Source: Thermoplasmata archaeon (GTDB lineage Archaea; Thermoplasmatota; Thermoplasmata; Lutacidiplasmatales; UBA184). From it: DNA of 64,000 bases. Under the pieces are notes generated by a model. That model did not search any database and was not told the origin of the DNA. It was given only the letters and a program-made list of their open reading frames with translations. Positions 1-7,195 of this stretch are shown here, piece after piece; position 1 is the first letter of the stretch, and every line of letters begins with the position of its first letter. Location of the stretch: positions 36,732 to 100,731 of the forward strand of contig JAKIVS010000006.1 in NCBI GenBank assembly GCA_022750435.1, in the 5' to 3' direction. The position numbers were made by a program, and so were the translations under genes.

Positions 1-68
1 CAACGGTGGGCCCGGAGTCCCGCCGTTCTGGGAGTCTCGAACCCTTGGGAACTCCGGGGTCCTCGCCG

Positions 69-446
69 CTACCTCGGCTGGCCGGCACGATGTCGCCGAA
101 CAGCGTCGCGGACGAGCTTCTTGACCAGGGCTACTGGGATCGGTTGATCGAGCGGGAAACGGAGCGCGGACTTGGTCCGGACATACGGGGCAATCTGCTC
201 GGCATGCGGCTCGAGGTCCCTGGGTCGGAGGAAGAGACCGAGCCCCACCCCCTTGAGCCCGAAGTAGCAGAGCCGTCGCTCGACACCGACTTCCCCCGGG
301 TAGCTGTAGAACGGTAGGCCGTAGCTGATACTCTCCTCGGCGTGGGGCGATGCCTCCCGGATGGCCTTCCGGACCATTCTCAGGGCCACCCGGGTTTCGG
401 CCGGGGCCGTGAGAATGTACTCCTCGACGCTCTTCGCGGCAGGCAT
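69..446 (-). CDS. DUF1801 (YdhG-like) domain protein
   Basis: 125-aa track ORF. SVEEYI..ETRVALRMVRKAIREASPHAEESISYGLPFY fits the DUF1801/YdhG pattern. A TATA-like AAGTTTCTAAGG lies about 25-30 nt upstream on the minus strand. Confidence 0.6.
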   Translation of the reverse strand: MPAAKSVEEYILTAPAETRVALRMVRKAIREASPHAEESISYGLPFYSYPGEVGVERRLCYFGLKGVGLGLFLRPRDLEPHAEQIAPYVRTKSALRFPLDQPIPVALVKKLVRDAVRRHRAGQPR

Positions 447-691
447 GGAAGCCCGAGCGCCCGCAGTCCCTTAGAAACTTGTCGCGCCGAGTCGCAGGTC
501 AATCGCCGGTCGTCCGGGGGCGTCGGGGCACCGATGGTGAATCGGCGCGCGGAGTGGGCAGACGGACTCCGTGGGGGAGTTCCTTGGCATCGAAGCTGTC
601 GCCTCGCTCCCCGGGATCGGGACACCGGGGGGGCTCAGCTTCCGCCCGCCGGACCACCGCTGATTTACGGGGTCTCGGTCTCTTCGTTCCC

Positions 692-1123
692 GTGCCGCCC
701 CGGTTCGGCTCTCGGTTCTCGGAGCCCGCGCTCCCACGCCTAGCGGCCCTCGCCGGCGTTGCGCTCGGGGTCGCGATGGTCGTGTCGACCGTCATCGCTC
801 TAGGGCCAGGGAGTCGTCCGTACTGGCAAACGACGGTCTCGGTGCCGGCGGACGCCAACGCGATGCAGCCGGACGAAGTGAGCTTCCACGGGGCAACCTT
901 CACCATCTGGTGGCCGCCCGCTCTCCCCGCCCATTCCATCTCGACCGGGCTCCAGGGCGTCGAAATTCAAATCGCCGAACCGTCTGGTGCCGTGGACAAC
1001 ACCAGCACAGGCTGCGGTGCGTGCGGATCAGGAGTTCAGAGCTGGTACTCGTCCGATGGGGGCGTCGGAGTCTCGTACACGGACGGCTCGTTCGAGCTGG
1101 TCACCCTCCTCGTGGCCGTTTGA
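692..1123 (+). CDS. hypothetical signal-anchored protein
   Basis: Frame of track ORF 479..1123, with an Arg-rich n-region followed by the hydrophobic helix LAALAGVALGVAMVVSTVIALG. The start is uncertain. I chose GTG 692 because a GATTTAC TATA-like box lies about 25-30 nt upstream, whereas ATG 776 would cut the helix. Confidence 0.35.
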   Translation: MPPRFGSRFSEPALPRLAALAGVALGVAMVVSTVIALGPGSRPYWQTTVSVPADANAMQPDEVSFHGATFTIWWPPALPAHSISTGLQGVEIQIAEPSGAVDNTSTGCGACGSGVQSWYSSDGGVGVSYTDGSFELVTLLVAV

Positions 1124-1157
1124 CGTGGGACTCGAAGAGCAAGGCGCGCGAGTCCTG

Positions 1158-1613
1158 TCAGCGCGGCGCTCGTTTCTTCGTACCGGCGGGGCGGGCTCTC
1201 GGAGGGTGGGGCTCGCGATGCGTGCGACGCTCCACGCCTGCGCGGACGAGCGCTTTCACGCCGGCCCCGTCGATCGCACCCCCCACCGGGAAGTCGATGG
1301 CCCTTGACATTCCGTTGAGCTGCGCATTGAACAGCCTCTTGGGGTCGGGACGGCTCGAGCCCTCGACGAAACTGATTCGGACGCGCCCTTTCAGGGGGAT
1401 GAGGAGGCACACGATGCCGTCGTGCTCGAACACGGCTGCGCCGAGGGGACTGCTCGGCTTCCTCCACTTGACGGCCTCGACGATCTCGGGGTCGGCCGAG
1501 TGGATGATCTCACGGAGCCTGGCAAGGAGGACCCTGCGCTCGTCGGGAGTGCCGTCGATAATGGCGTCGATGTCGGGGTTGCGGCCGGGCATCTGTCCCG
1601 TCCACCGGAGCAC
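1158..1613 (-). CDS. DUF1801 domain protein (second copy)
   Basis: 151-aa ORF. IDAIIDGTPDERRVLLARLREIIHSADPEIVEAVKWRKP...GRVRISFVEG matches the DUF1801 pattern. Confidence 0.6.
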   Translation of the reverse strand: MLRWTGQMPGRNPDIDAIIDGTPDERRVLLARLREIIHSADPEIVEAVKWRKPSSPLGAAVFEHDGIVCLLIPLKGRVRISFVEGSSRPDPKRLFNAQLNGMSRAIDFPVGGAIDGAGVKALVRAGVERRTHREPHPPRARPAGTKKRAPR

Positions 1614-1820
1614 GAGTCTTCATGGTTTCCGTGCTGCCAGGCGGTGAAGGAACCCCCACGCGTGGGCCGTGGACCTCACGGACCCCAGCCGGCCACGGGC
1701 CTCAGGGATCGAGGCCCGTCCGGAGGGAGGCCGGGCGAGCGGAAGCGACGACCTCTGCCGTCGGCAACGGACGCATCGGCGAGGGACCGTTGTACCCCGG
1801 CTCGCTCCGACTCGAACAGA

Positions 1821-2355
1821 ATGGAGGGTCCGCCGACCGGGCCCTCCAAGCGATTCGAGCAAGTCGCGACGTTCCTCTTGGCCGTCTTCTTGGTCGCCGT
1901 CGTGGCGGCTCTCGCCATCACTCTGTCCTCGGTGGCGTCCTCGGTGCGCCTGATCGCTGCGGGCGCCGTGATCCCGATTCTCGCAGTGACTCTCGCCCTG
2001 CTCTACTTCGAGCGCCGAAGGCGGCCTTGGAGTTACGCGGGAGCCGCCGCCCTCGGAGCTCTCGGCGTCAGTCTTCGGCTCCTTGTGAGCACTCAGCCAT
2101 GGTTGGAAGTGGACGGAGGACTGCCCGTCGCTGTCACCGTCGCGTACGTGGCGTTGGGAATCCTTGTGGTGGTAGCGAGCGTTGGAGCCTATCTCCGTCT
2201 TCGGGGCGCGCGCCGTCGAACTTCCTCGGCCTCCCACCCACGGATTCGGCCCCTGGACGTCGTTCCAAGCCCATCCGTCGCCGGAGCTTGGATCCAACCT
2301 GCAAGGACTCGAGCAGGCTACCACGAGGATTCAGGGCCGAGACCCGCCGGTTTGA
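1821..2355 (+). CDS. four-TM membrane domain ORF (no in-frame stop until 3527; possible frameshift or fusion with the downstream GH-like gene)
   Basis: ATG 1821 lies in the frame of track ORF 1422..3527. Four clear hydrophobic helices follow: ATFLLAVFLVAVVAALAITL, LIAAGAVIPILAVTLALLYF, YAGAAALGALGVSLRLLV and VAVTVAYVALGILVVVASVGAYL. Arg/Pro-rich junk comes after them. The end coordinate is nominal. Confidence 0.3.
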
Positions 2356-2367
2356 TGAACGACGCGC

Positions 2368-3450
2368 GTGTTCGCAGACGGATCGCGAGGAACGCGCGGG
2401 ACGGAGGGATGGCCGGTGCGGGGAAAGGGAGTCTGCTACGACGTAGGTCGGGTGATGCTGGGGCGCAATTGGCGACCCGAGTTCGACCCCAAAATCGTCC
2501 ACCGAGAGCTGGAGATCATCAAGAACGATCTCCACTGCAACGCGGTACGCCTCCAGGGCCTGGACCTCGACCGGCTCACGATTGCCGCGGAGGACGCCTT
2601 GCAGCAGGGTCTCGAAGTGTGGTTCTCTCCCGAGATGTGGGACCGGGATCAGGAAGAGACCCGGGCCTACGTCGTGAACGGCGCGAGGAGGGCCGAAGAG
2701 CTACGCACGAGATGGCCGAACAACGTGGTCTTCAGCGTTGGGAGCGAGGTGACCCTGTTCACCCAGGGGTTCCTCCAAGGCACCAACGTCCTGGAACGGC
2801 TCTCCCACCCGTCCTTGCGGGAGACTCTGAAGGCGGGCAAGCACAATCCTCCCCTCAACGCCTTCCTGGCCGCCACGAACACCCAGGTCCGCGAGGTATT
2901 TCGTGGACCGGTCACCTACGCTTCCGTTGGGCTCGAAACCGTCGATTGGACCCCGTTCGACTTCGTGGGTGTGGACTTGTACCGCGAGAAGCGCGGGAGA
3001 GAGATGTATCCGAAGCTGATCGAGCGGTACTTGGGCTTCGGCAAGCCCCTCGCAAACATGGAGTTCGGCTGCTGCACGTTCCAAGGCGCCGAGGATCTTG
3101 GGGGTCGAGGGTGGGATATCGTCGATTGGAGCAAAATGCCACCCGAGCTCAAGGGCGAGTACGTCTACGACCAGACCACGCAGGCGCGAGAGGTCGCAGA
3201 GCTCCTTCGAATCAACGACGAGGCGGGCGTCAATTCGACGTTCGTGTTCACGTTCGTCGAACCCGGGGCGGGGGTCCAAGACGACATGGAACAGCAACTC
3301 GTCCAGACCCTGAAGTTCGACCTGGACATCGTCCGATACAGTTTGGTGAAGAGCTTCCTCGACGGGCGCCACGGAACCGTCTATCCCGGGATGCCCTGGG
3401 AGCCGAAGGAGGCGTTCAAGGCGGTCGCGGAGTACTACGCGAATCACTGA
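2368..3450 (+). CDS. TIM-barrel glycoside-hydrolase-like protein (family not assigned)
   Basis: 360-aa ORF. It has a KGVCYDVG beta-1-like start, EIIKNDLHCNAVRLQG, alternating beta/alpha character and NMEFGCC. An in-frame TGA at 2356 limits the N-terminus, and GTG 2416 is an alternative start. Confidence 0.45.
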   Translation: MFADGSRGTRGTEGWPVRGKGVCYDVGRVMLGRNWRPEFDPKIVHRELEIIKNDLHCNAVRLQGLDLDRLTIAAEDALQQGLEVWFSPEMWDRDQEETRAYVVNGARRAEELRTRWPNNVVFSVGSEVTLFTQGFLQGTNVLERLSHPSLRETLKAGKHNPPLNAFLAATNTQVREVFRGPVTYASVGLETVDWTPFDFVGVDLYREKRGREMYPKLIERYLGFGKPLANMEFGCCTFQGAEDLGGRGWDIVDWSKMPPELKGEYVYDQTTQAREVAELLRINDEAGVNSTFVFTFVEPGAGVQDDMEQQLVQTLKFDLDIVRYSLVKSFLDGRHGTVYPGMPWEPKEAFKAVAEYYANH

Positions 3451-3741
3451 GGTTTCGCGCGATGGACAAAGGTCAGGACCCGGGCTGCGACTCTGCGGCC
3501 CTTGGGAAAAGCGCGCCCGGTCGATAACCGACCGCGAGAGCTCCGGGGGCAGCGTGGGGGGCACCGTGCGCTCCGCGTCCGGAAACCCGCCCATGGATCC
3601 ATCCCCGAGGCTCCGAGATTCGGGGCGGAGACGGAGCTCGAGGTCGCACGCGAGGGAGCCGCTCTTCGACTCGGCGAGGTGGGGCTCGGATTCGGAGCCG
3701 CTTTATTGAGCGACGCCGTTCCGTGTTCCGGGGCAACGACC

Positions 3742-3858
3742 GTGAGCTGCGCATGTTGCGCCTGTGAGTCGTGCTGCAAGTGCTGCGCGTGTTGCGCCGT
3801 CGCCCAGGCGTGTTGTCCGAGCTGCACCGTGGGACCCCGGTCGACGCCCGAGCGATAA
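3742..3858 (+). CDS. candidate Cys-rich (metallothionein-like) micro-protein, 38 aa
   Basis: GTG 3742 to TAA 3856-3858 encodes VSCACCACESCCKCCACCAVAQACCPSCTVGPRSTPER, with 13 Cys in the first 28 residues. A TTTATT box sits at 3703-3708, about 34 nt upstream. There is an internal 16-nt repeat spaced 36 nt (12 codons) apart, and third positions are mostly G/C. Confidence 0.35.
   Translation: MSCACCACESCCKCCACCAVAQACCPSCTVGPRSTPER
3747..3798 (+). repeat. imperfect direct repeat CTGCGC(A/G)TGTTGCGCC x2, spaced 36 nt
   Basis: The copies are at 3747-3762 and 3783-3798, with 15/16 identical. They are in phase with the Cys-rich reading frame (CACCA / CACCA peptide repeat). Confidence 0.6.
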
Positions 3859-3929
3859 CGTCCGATCACTCGGTCCAGGGCCCAGGGCTGGGCGCCGAAG
3901 GGTCGCTCTCCCGGACGGGGCCCCTTAGT

Positions 3930-3941
3930 TGGCTATTTATA
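3930..3941 (+). promoter_or_regulatory. BRE/TATA promoter element TGGCTATTTATA upstream of dnaK
   Basis: AT-rich TATA box in otherwise GC-rich DNA, about 75 nt upstream of the dnaK ATG. The identical 12-mer recurs at 30009-30020 upstream of aglB. Confidence 0.5.
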
Positions 3942-4015
3942 GTAGGGGAAACTTACTAAACTCGTCTGGCCCCGTTGGAGCGCGCTCGCTCCGTCCACGG
4001 CCGGCAGGCACACAC

Positions 4016-5926
4016 ATGACGAAAATCATCGGAATTGACCTGGGCACCAGCAACTCCGCGGCGTCGGTCCTCGAGGGCGGACGCCCGGTCCTGATCCCCA
4101 GCGCGGAAGGGACGACCGTCGGCGGCGGCAAAGCGTTCCCGTCCTATGTGGCGTTCACCAAGGACGGTCAGCTCCTCGTCGGGGAGCCGGCCCGCCGGCA
4201 GGCGATCTCGAACCCCGAGAACACCGTCACCGCGTTCAAGCGCAAGATGGGGACGGACTCGAAGTACCGACTTGCCGGGAAGGAGTACACCCCCCAGCAG
4301 CTCTCCGCGTTCCTCCTCCAGAAGATCCGCCGGGACGCGGAGGCGTTCCTCGGCGAGAAGGTGGAGAAGGCGGTCATCACCGTCCCCGCCTACTTCAACG
4401 ACAACCAGCGGCAGGCGACGAAGGACGCCGGCGCCATCGCCGGCCTCGACGTCGTCCGGATCATCAACGAACCCACCGCGGCCTCCCTCGCCTACGGTCT
4501 CGACAAGGGCGGGAAGCAGCAGAAGATCCTCGTCTTCGACCTGGGCGGGGGGACGCTCGACGTCACGATCATGGAGTTCGGCGACGGCGTCTTCGAGGTG
4601 CTGTCGACCAGCGGGGACACCCAGCTCGGCGGCACCGACATGGACAACCTCCTCACGGAGTGGATCTCCGCGGAGTTCCAGAAGGAGTCCGGCGTGAACA
4701 TCCGCGCCGACAAGATGGCGATGCAGCGGGTGCGGGACGCCGCGGAGAAGGCGAAGATCGAACTCTCCTCCGTCCTTGAGACCCAGGTCAACCTCCCCTT
4801 CCTGACGGCGACCAGCGACGGCCCGAAGCACCTCGCGCTCACCGTCAACCGGGCCAAGCTCGAGGACCTCGTCCGCCCGATCATCCAGCGATGCCAGGCA
4901 CCGCTCGAGCAGGCGATCCGGGACGCGAAGCTCGAGAAGGCGCAGATCCACACGATCGTCCTCGTCGGCGGCCCGACGCGGATGCCGATCGTTCAGAAGT
5001 TCGTCGAGACGTCGGTCGGCCGGCCGATCGAGCGCGGCGTCGACCCGATGGAGTGCGTCGCCATGGGCGCGGCGATCCAGGGCGGCGTCCTCGCCGGCGA
5101 GGTCAAGGACGTGCTGCTGCTCGACGTCACGCCGCTCGCCCTCGGCGTCGAGACCCTTGGCGGGGTGTTCACCCGGCTGATCGAGCGGAACACGACCATT
5201 CCGACCCGGAAGAGCTCCACGTTCACGACGGCCGCGGACAACCAGAGCTCGGTCGAGATCAAGGTCTACCAGGGGGAGCGCCCGCTCGCCGCGGACAACG
5301 TCGCCCTCGGGGACTTCATGCTCACCGGCATCCCGCCGGCGCCCCGCGGTACTCCGCAGGTCGAGGTGACGTTCGACATCGATGCGAACGGGATCCTCAG
5401 CGTCAACGCGAAGGACCTCGCCTCCGGGAAGAAGCAGGGGATCACGATCAGCGCCTCCAACAAGCTCTCGAAGGAGGACGTCGACAAGATGCTCCGGCAG
5501 GCCGAGCAGTTCGCCGACCAGGACAAGGCGCGGGCGCAGCAGGTCGAGAGCCGGAACAAGGCCGAATCGCTCTGCTACGAGGCCGAGCGGGTCCTCGCCG
5601 AGTCGAAGGAGAAGGTCAGCGAGAGCGACCGGACCGACGTCACCGAGAAGGTGAAGGTGGTCCGGGACGCCCTCGCGGCGAAGGGCGCACCGGACCTCGA
5701 GGCGAAGGTCGACGCCCTGACGCGGGCGCTCCACGCGATCGCGCAGAAGCTCTACGACGCCGCGGCGGCGTCGGCGACGCCGCCGGCCGGCGAGTCGCCC
5801 CCGCCGACGTCGGCCCCCGAGGAGCCGAGCAGCCCGCCCCCCTCGAACGGCTCGAAGACCGGACCGGTCGACGCCGACTTCAAGGTCGTCGACGACGCGC
5901 CGGAGTCCGGGAAGGGCCAGTCGTAG
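4016..5926 (+). CDS. dnaK: molecular chaperone DnaK (Hsp70)
   Basis: [18 protein letters not shown]..., DLGGGTLDV and [10 protein letters not shown] motifs, with full-length Hsp70 architecture. The track ORF 3929.. is over-extended, and ATG 4016 matches the canonical N-terminus. Confidence 0.95.
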   Translation: MTKIIGIDLGTSNSAASVLEGGRPVLIPSAEGTTVGGGKAFPSYVAFTKDGQLLVGEPARRQAISNPENTVTAFKRKMGTDSKYRLAGKEYTPQQLSAFLLQKIRRDAEAFLGEKVEKAVITVPAYFNDNQRQATKDAGAIAGLDVVRIINEPTAASLAYGLDKGGKQQKILVFDLGGGTLDVTIMEFGDGVFEVLSTSGDTQLGGTDMDNLLTEWISAEFQKESGVNIRADKMAMQRVRDAAEKAKIELSSVLETQVNLPFLTATSDGPKHLALTVNRAKLEDLVRPIIQRCQAPLEQAIRDAKLEKAQIHTIVLVGGPTRMPIVQKFVETSVGRPIERGVDPMECVAMGAAIQGGVLAGEVKDVLLLDVTPLALGVETLGGVFTRLIERNTTIPTRKSSTFTTAADNQSSVEIKVYQGERPLAADNVALGDFMLTGIPPAPRGTPQVEVTFDIDANGILSVNAKDLASGKKQGITISASNKLSKEDVDKMLRQAEQFADQDKARAQQVESRNKAESLCYEAERVLAESKEKVSESDRTDVTEKVKVVRDALAAKGAPDLEAKVDALTRALHAIAQKLYDAAAASATPPAGESPPPTSAPEEPSSPPPSNGSKTGPVDADFKVVDDAPESGKGQS

Positions 5927-5933
5927 GCCAGTC

Positions 5934-7049
5934 TCACGCCGGGGACGCCGGCCAGCCTCGGCCCGGGGCGGGCCCGGTGTACCGAACGTCGGGACGGATC
6001 AGCCGGTTGTCTTGGGACTGCTCCTTCGCATGGGCTGCCCATCCCGCGGTGCGTGCCACCGCGAACGTCGGCGTGAACAGCTCACGCGGGAGCCCGACGG
6101 CCTCCAGGACGACCGCGCCGTAGAATTCGACATTGAGGAAGAGCCGGGCCTCGGGGCGCTTGCGCTGCAGCGCGGCGACGCCCGCGCGCTCGACCGCCTC
6201 GGCGACGCGCAGCCGCTCGGGGTCGGCAATCTCCTTCGCGATCTGCTTGAGGAGGACCGCCCGCGGGTCCTCCGTCTTGTAGGCGCGGTGGCCGAATCCC
6301 ATGAGCCGTTCTTTGCGGCCGAGCGCCGCCTCGACCCACCGTTCGGCGTTCTCCGGAGTGCCGACGGCGTCGAGCATGTCGGCGACCTTCGAGGGAGCCC
6401 CACCGTGGGCGGGCCCCTTGAGCGCCCCGAGCGCGGCGACGGCCCCCGAGATGAGGTCCGATTGGGTGGAGATCACGATCCGCAGGGCGAACGTGGAGGC
6501 GTTCATCCCGTGGTCGGCGAGCATGATACAGTACTGCTCGAGCGCCCGGGCCTTCGCCGCCGGCGGGACCTCGCCGGTCAGTTGGTACAGGAAGTGGGCC
6601 ACGTGGCCGAGCTCCGGTCGATCCGGAAGCGGGGCCCGACCGGACGAACGTCGGACGTACTGCGCCAGGATCGTCGGAGTCTTCGCAATCAGATCGAGTC
6701 CCTGTTCGTCGGTGGGGGGGTACCTCCACTCCGGACTCCCGAGCAGGCTGAGAAGGCTGCGCATCGCCTCGAGTGGCGGCAGGCCCGGCGGGACCGCCTC
6801 CATCCGGCGGGCCAGCGCGTGGGGCACGATGCGGCGCTCCCGGAGTTCCGCGGACAGCCGTTCCGGCGGGTCCCTCGCCGGCGGCTCTCCCCAGAGCAGG
6901 AGATGGACCACGCCCTCGTAGCTGGCACGCGGCACGAGCTCGCCGATGTCGAAGCCCCGGTACGAGAGACCGCCGGTCTCTCCCGCGACCAACGTGAGGG
7001 ACGAGTCCCCGAGCACGACGTGCTCGAGGCCCTTTCCGGAGGTCGCCAT
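5934..7049 (-). CDS. citrate synthase / 2-methylcitrate synthase family
   Basis: 371 aa. It has GLEHVVLGDSSLT..GGLSYRGFDI, GFGHRAYKTEDPRA and a C-terminal ...WAAHAKEQ..NRLIRP, which are typical citrate synthase motifs. Confidence 0.9.
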   Translation of the reverse strand: MATSGKGLEHVVLGDSSLTLVAGETGGLSYRGFDIGELVPRASYEGVVHLLLWGEPPARDPPERLSAELRERRIVPHALARRMEAVPPGLPPLEAMRSLLSLLGSPEWRYPPTDEQGLDLIAKTPTILAQYVRRSSGRAPLPDRPELGHVAHFLYQLTGEVPPAAKARALEQYCIMLADHGMNASTFALRIVISTQSDLISGAVAALGALKGPAHGGAPSKVADMLDAVGTPENAERWVEAALGRKERLMGFGHRAYKTEDPRAVLLKQIAKEIADPERLRVAEAVERAGVAALQRKRPEARLFLNVEFYGAVVLEAVGLPRELFTPTFAVARTAGWAAHAKEQSQDNRLIRPDVRYTGPAPGRGWPASPA

Positions 7050-7132
7050 CGATTTCGGAGGACCGGTCCGGTCACTTAGCGTATCGGCCCCGGGCCGGCC
7101 CGGGCGACGTCGCCGCCCGTTGGAACGGTCCG

Positions 7133-7151
7133 CGTGCTAATGTGTAGCACG
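7133..7151. promoter_or_regulatory. perfect 7-bp inverted repeat CGTGCTA-N5-TAGCACG (candidate operator)
   Basis: It sits in the divergent intergenic region between citrate synthase and the Kelch/PKD surface protein gene, directly upstream of the TATA-like GGTTATAC. Confidence 0.3.
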
Positions 7152-7153
7152 AG

Positions 7154-7161
7154 GGTTATAC
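7154..7161 (+). promoter_or_regulatory. TATA-like box GGTTATAC
   Basis: About 35-40 nt upstream of GTG 7196. Confidence 0.35.
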
Positions 7162-7195
7162 CCCGGGACGCCGTCGCCCGACCGGGGCGCTCGAC

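Noticed and set aside
1422-3527. 701-aa track ORF taken at face value as one protein.
   Set aside because: Only the segment from about 1821 to 2220 (four TM helices) looks protein-like. The rest is Arg/Pro-rich and overlaps the convincing GH-like gene in another frame. It is treated as a possible frameshift, not as a 701-aa protein.
3609-3699. 8-bp long-range complement (GGCTCCGA ... TCGGAGCC) and local repeats in the ~290-nt gap between the GH-like gene and the Cys-rich ORF; possible structured RNA.
   Set aside because: A single short GC stem is expected by chance in DNA this GC-rich. I could not build a consistent multi-helix fold by hand, so I make no claim without covariation data.
3444-3869. 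141-aa minus-strand ORF with a His/Gln-rich stretch (HAWATAQHAQHLQHDSQAQHAQ), opposite the Cys-rich ORF.
   Set aside because: It is the mirror image of the Cys-codon repeats (TGC/TGT read as GCA/ACA...CAG/CAC), and the remainder is Pro/Ser/Arg low complexity. The nearest TATA is about 70 nt away. It cannot be fully excluded, and it is the explicit alternative to test for the Cys-rich ORF.
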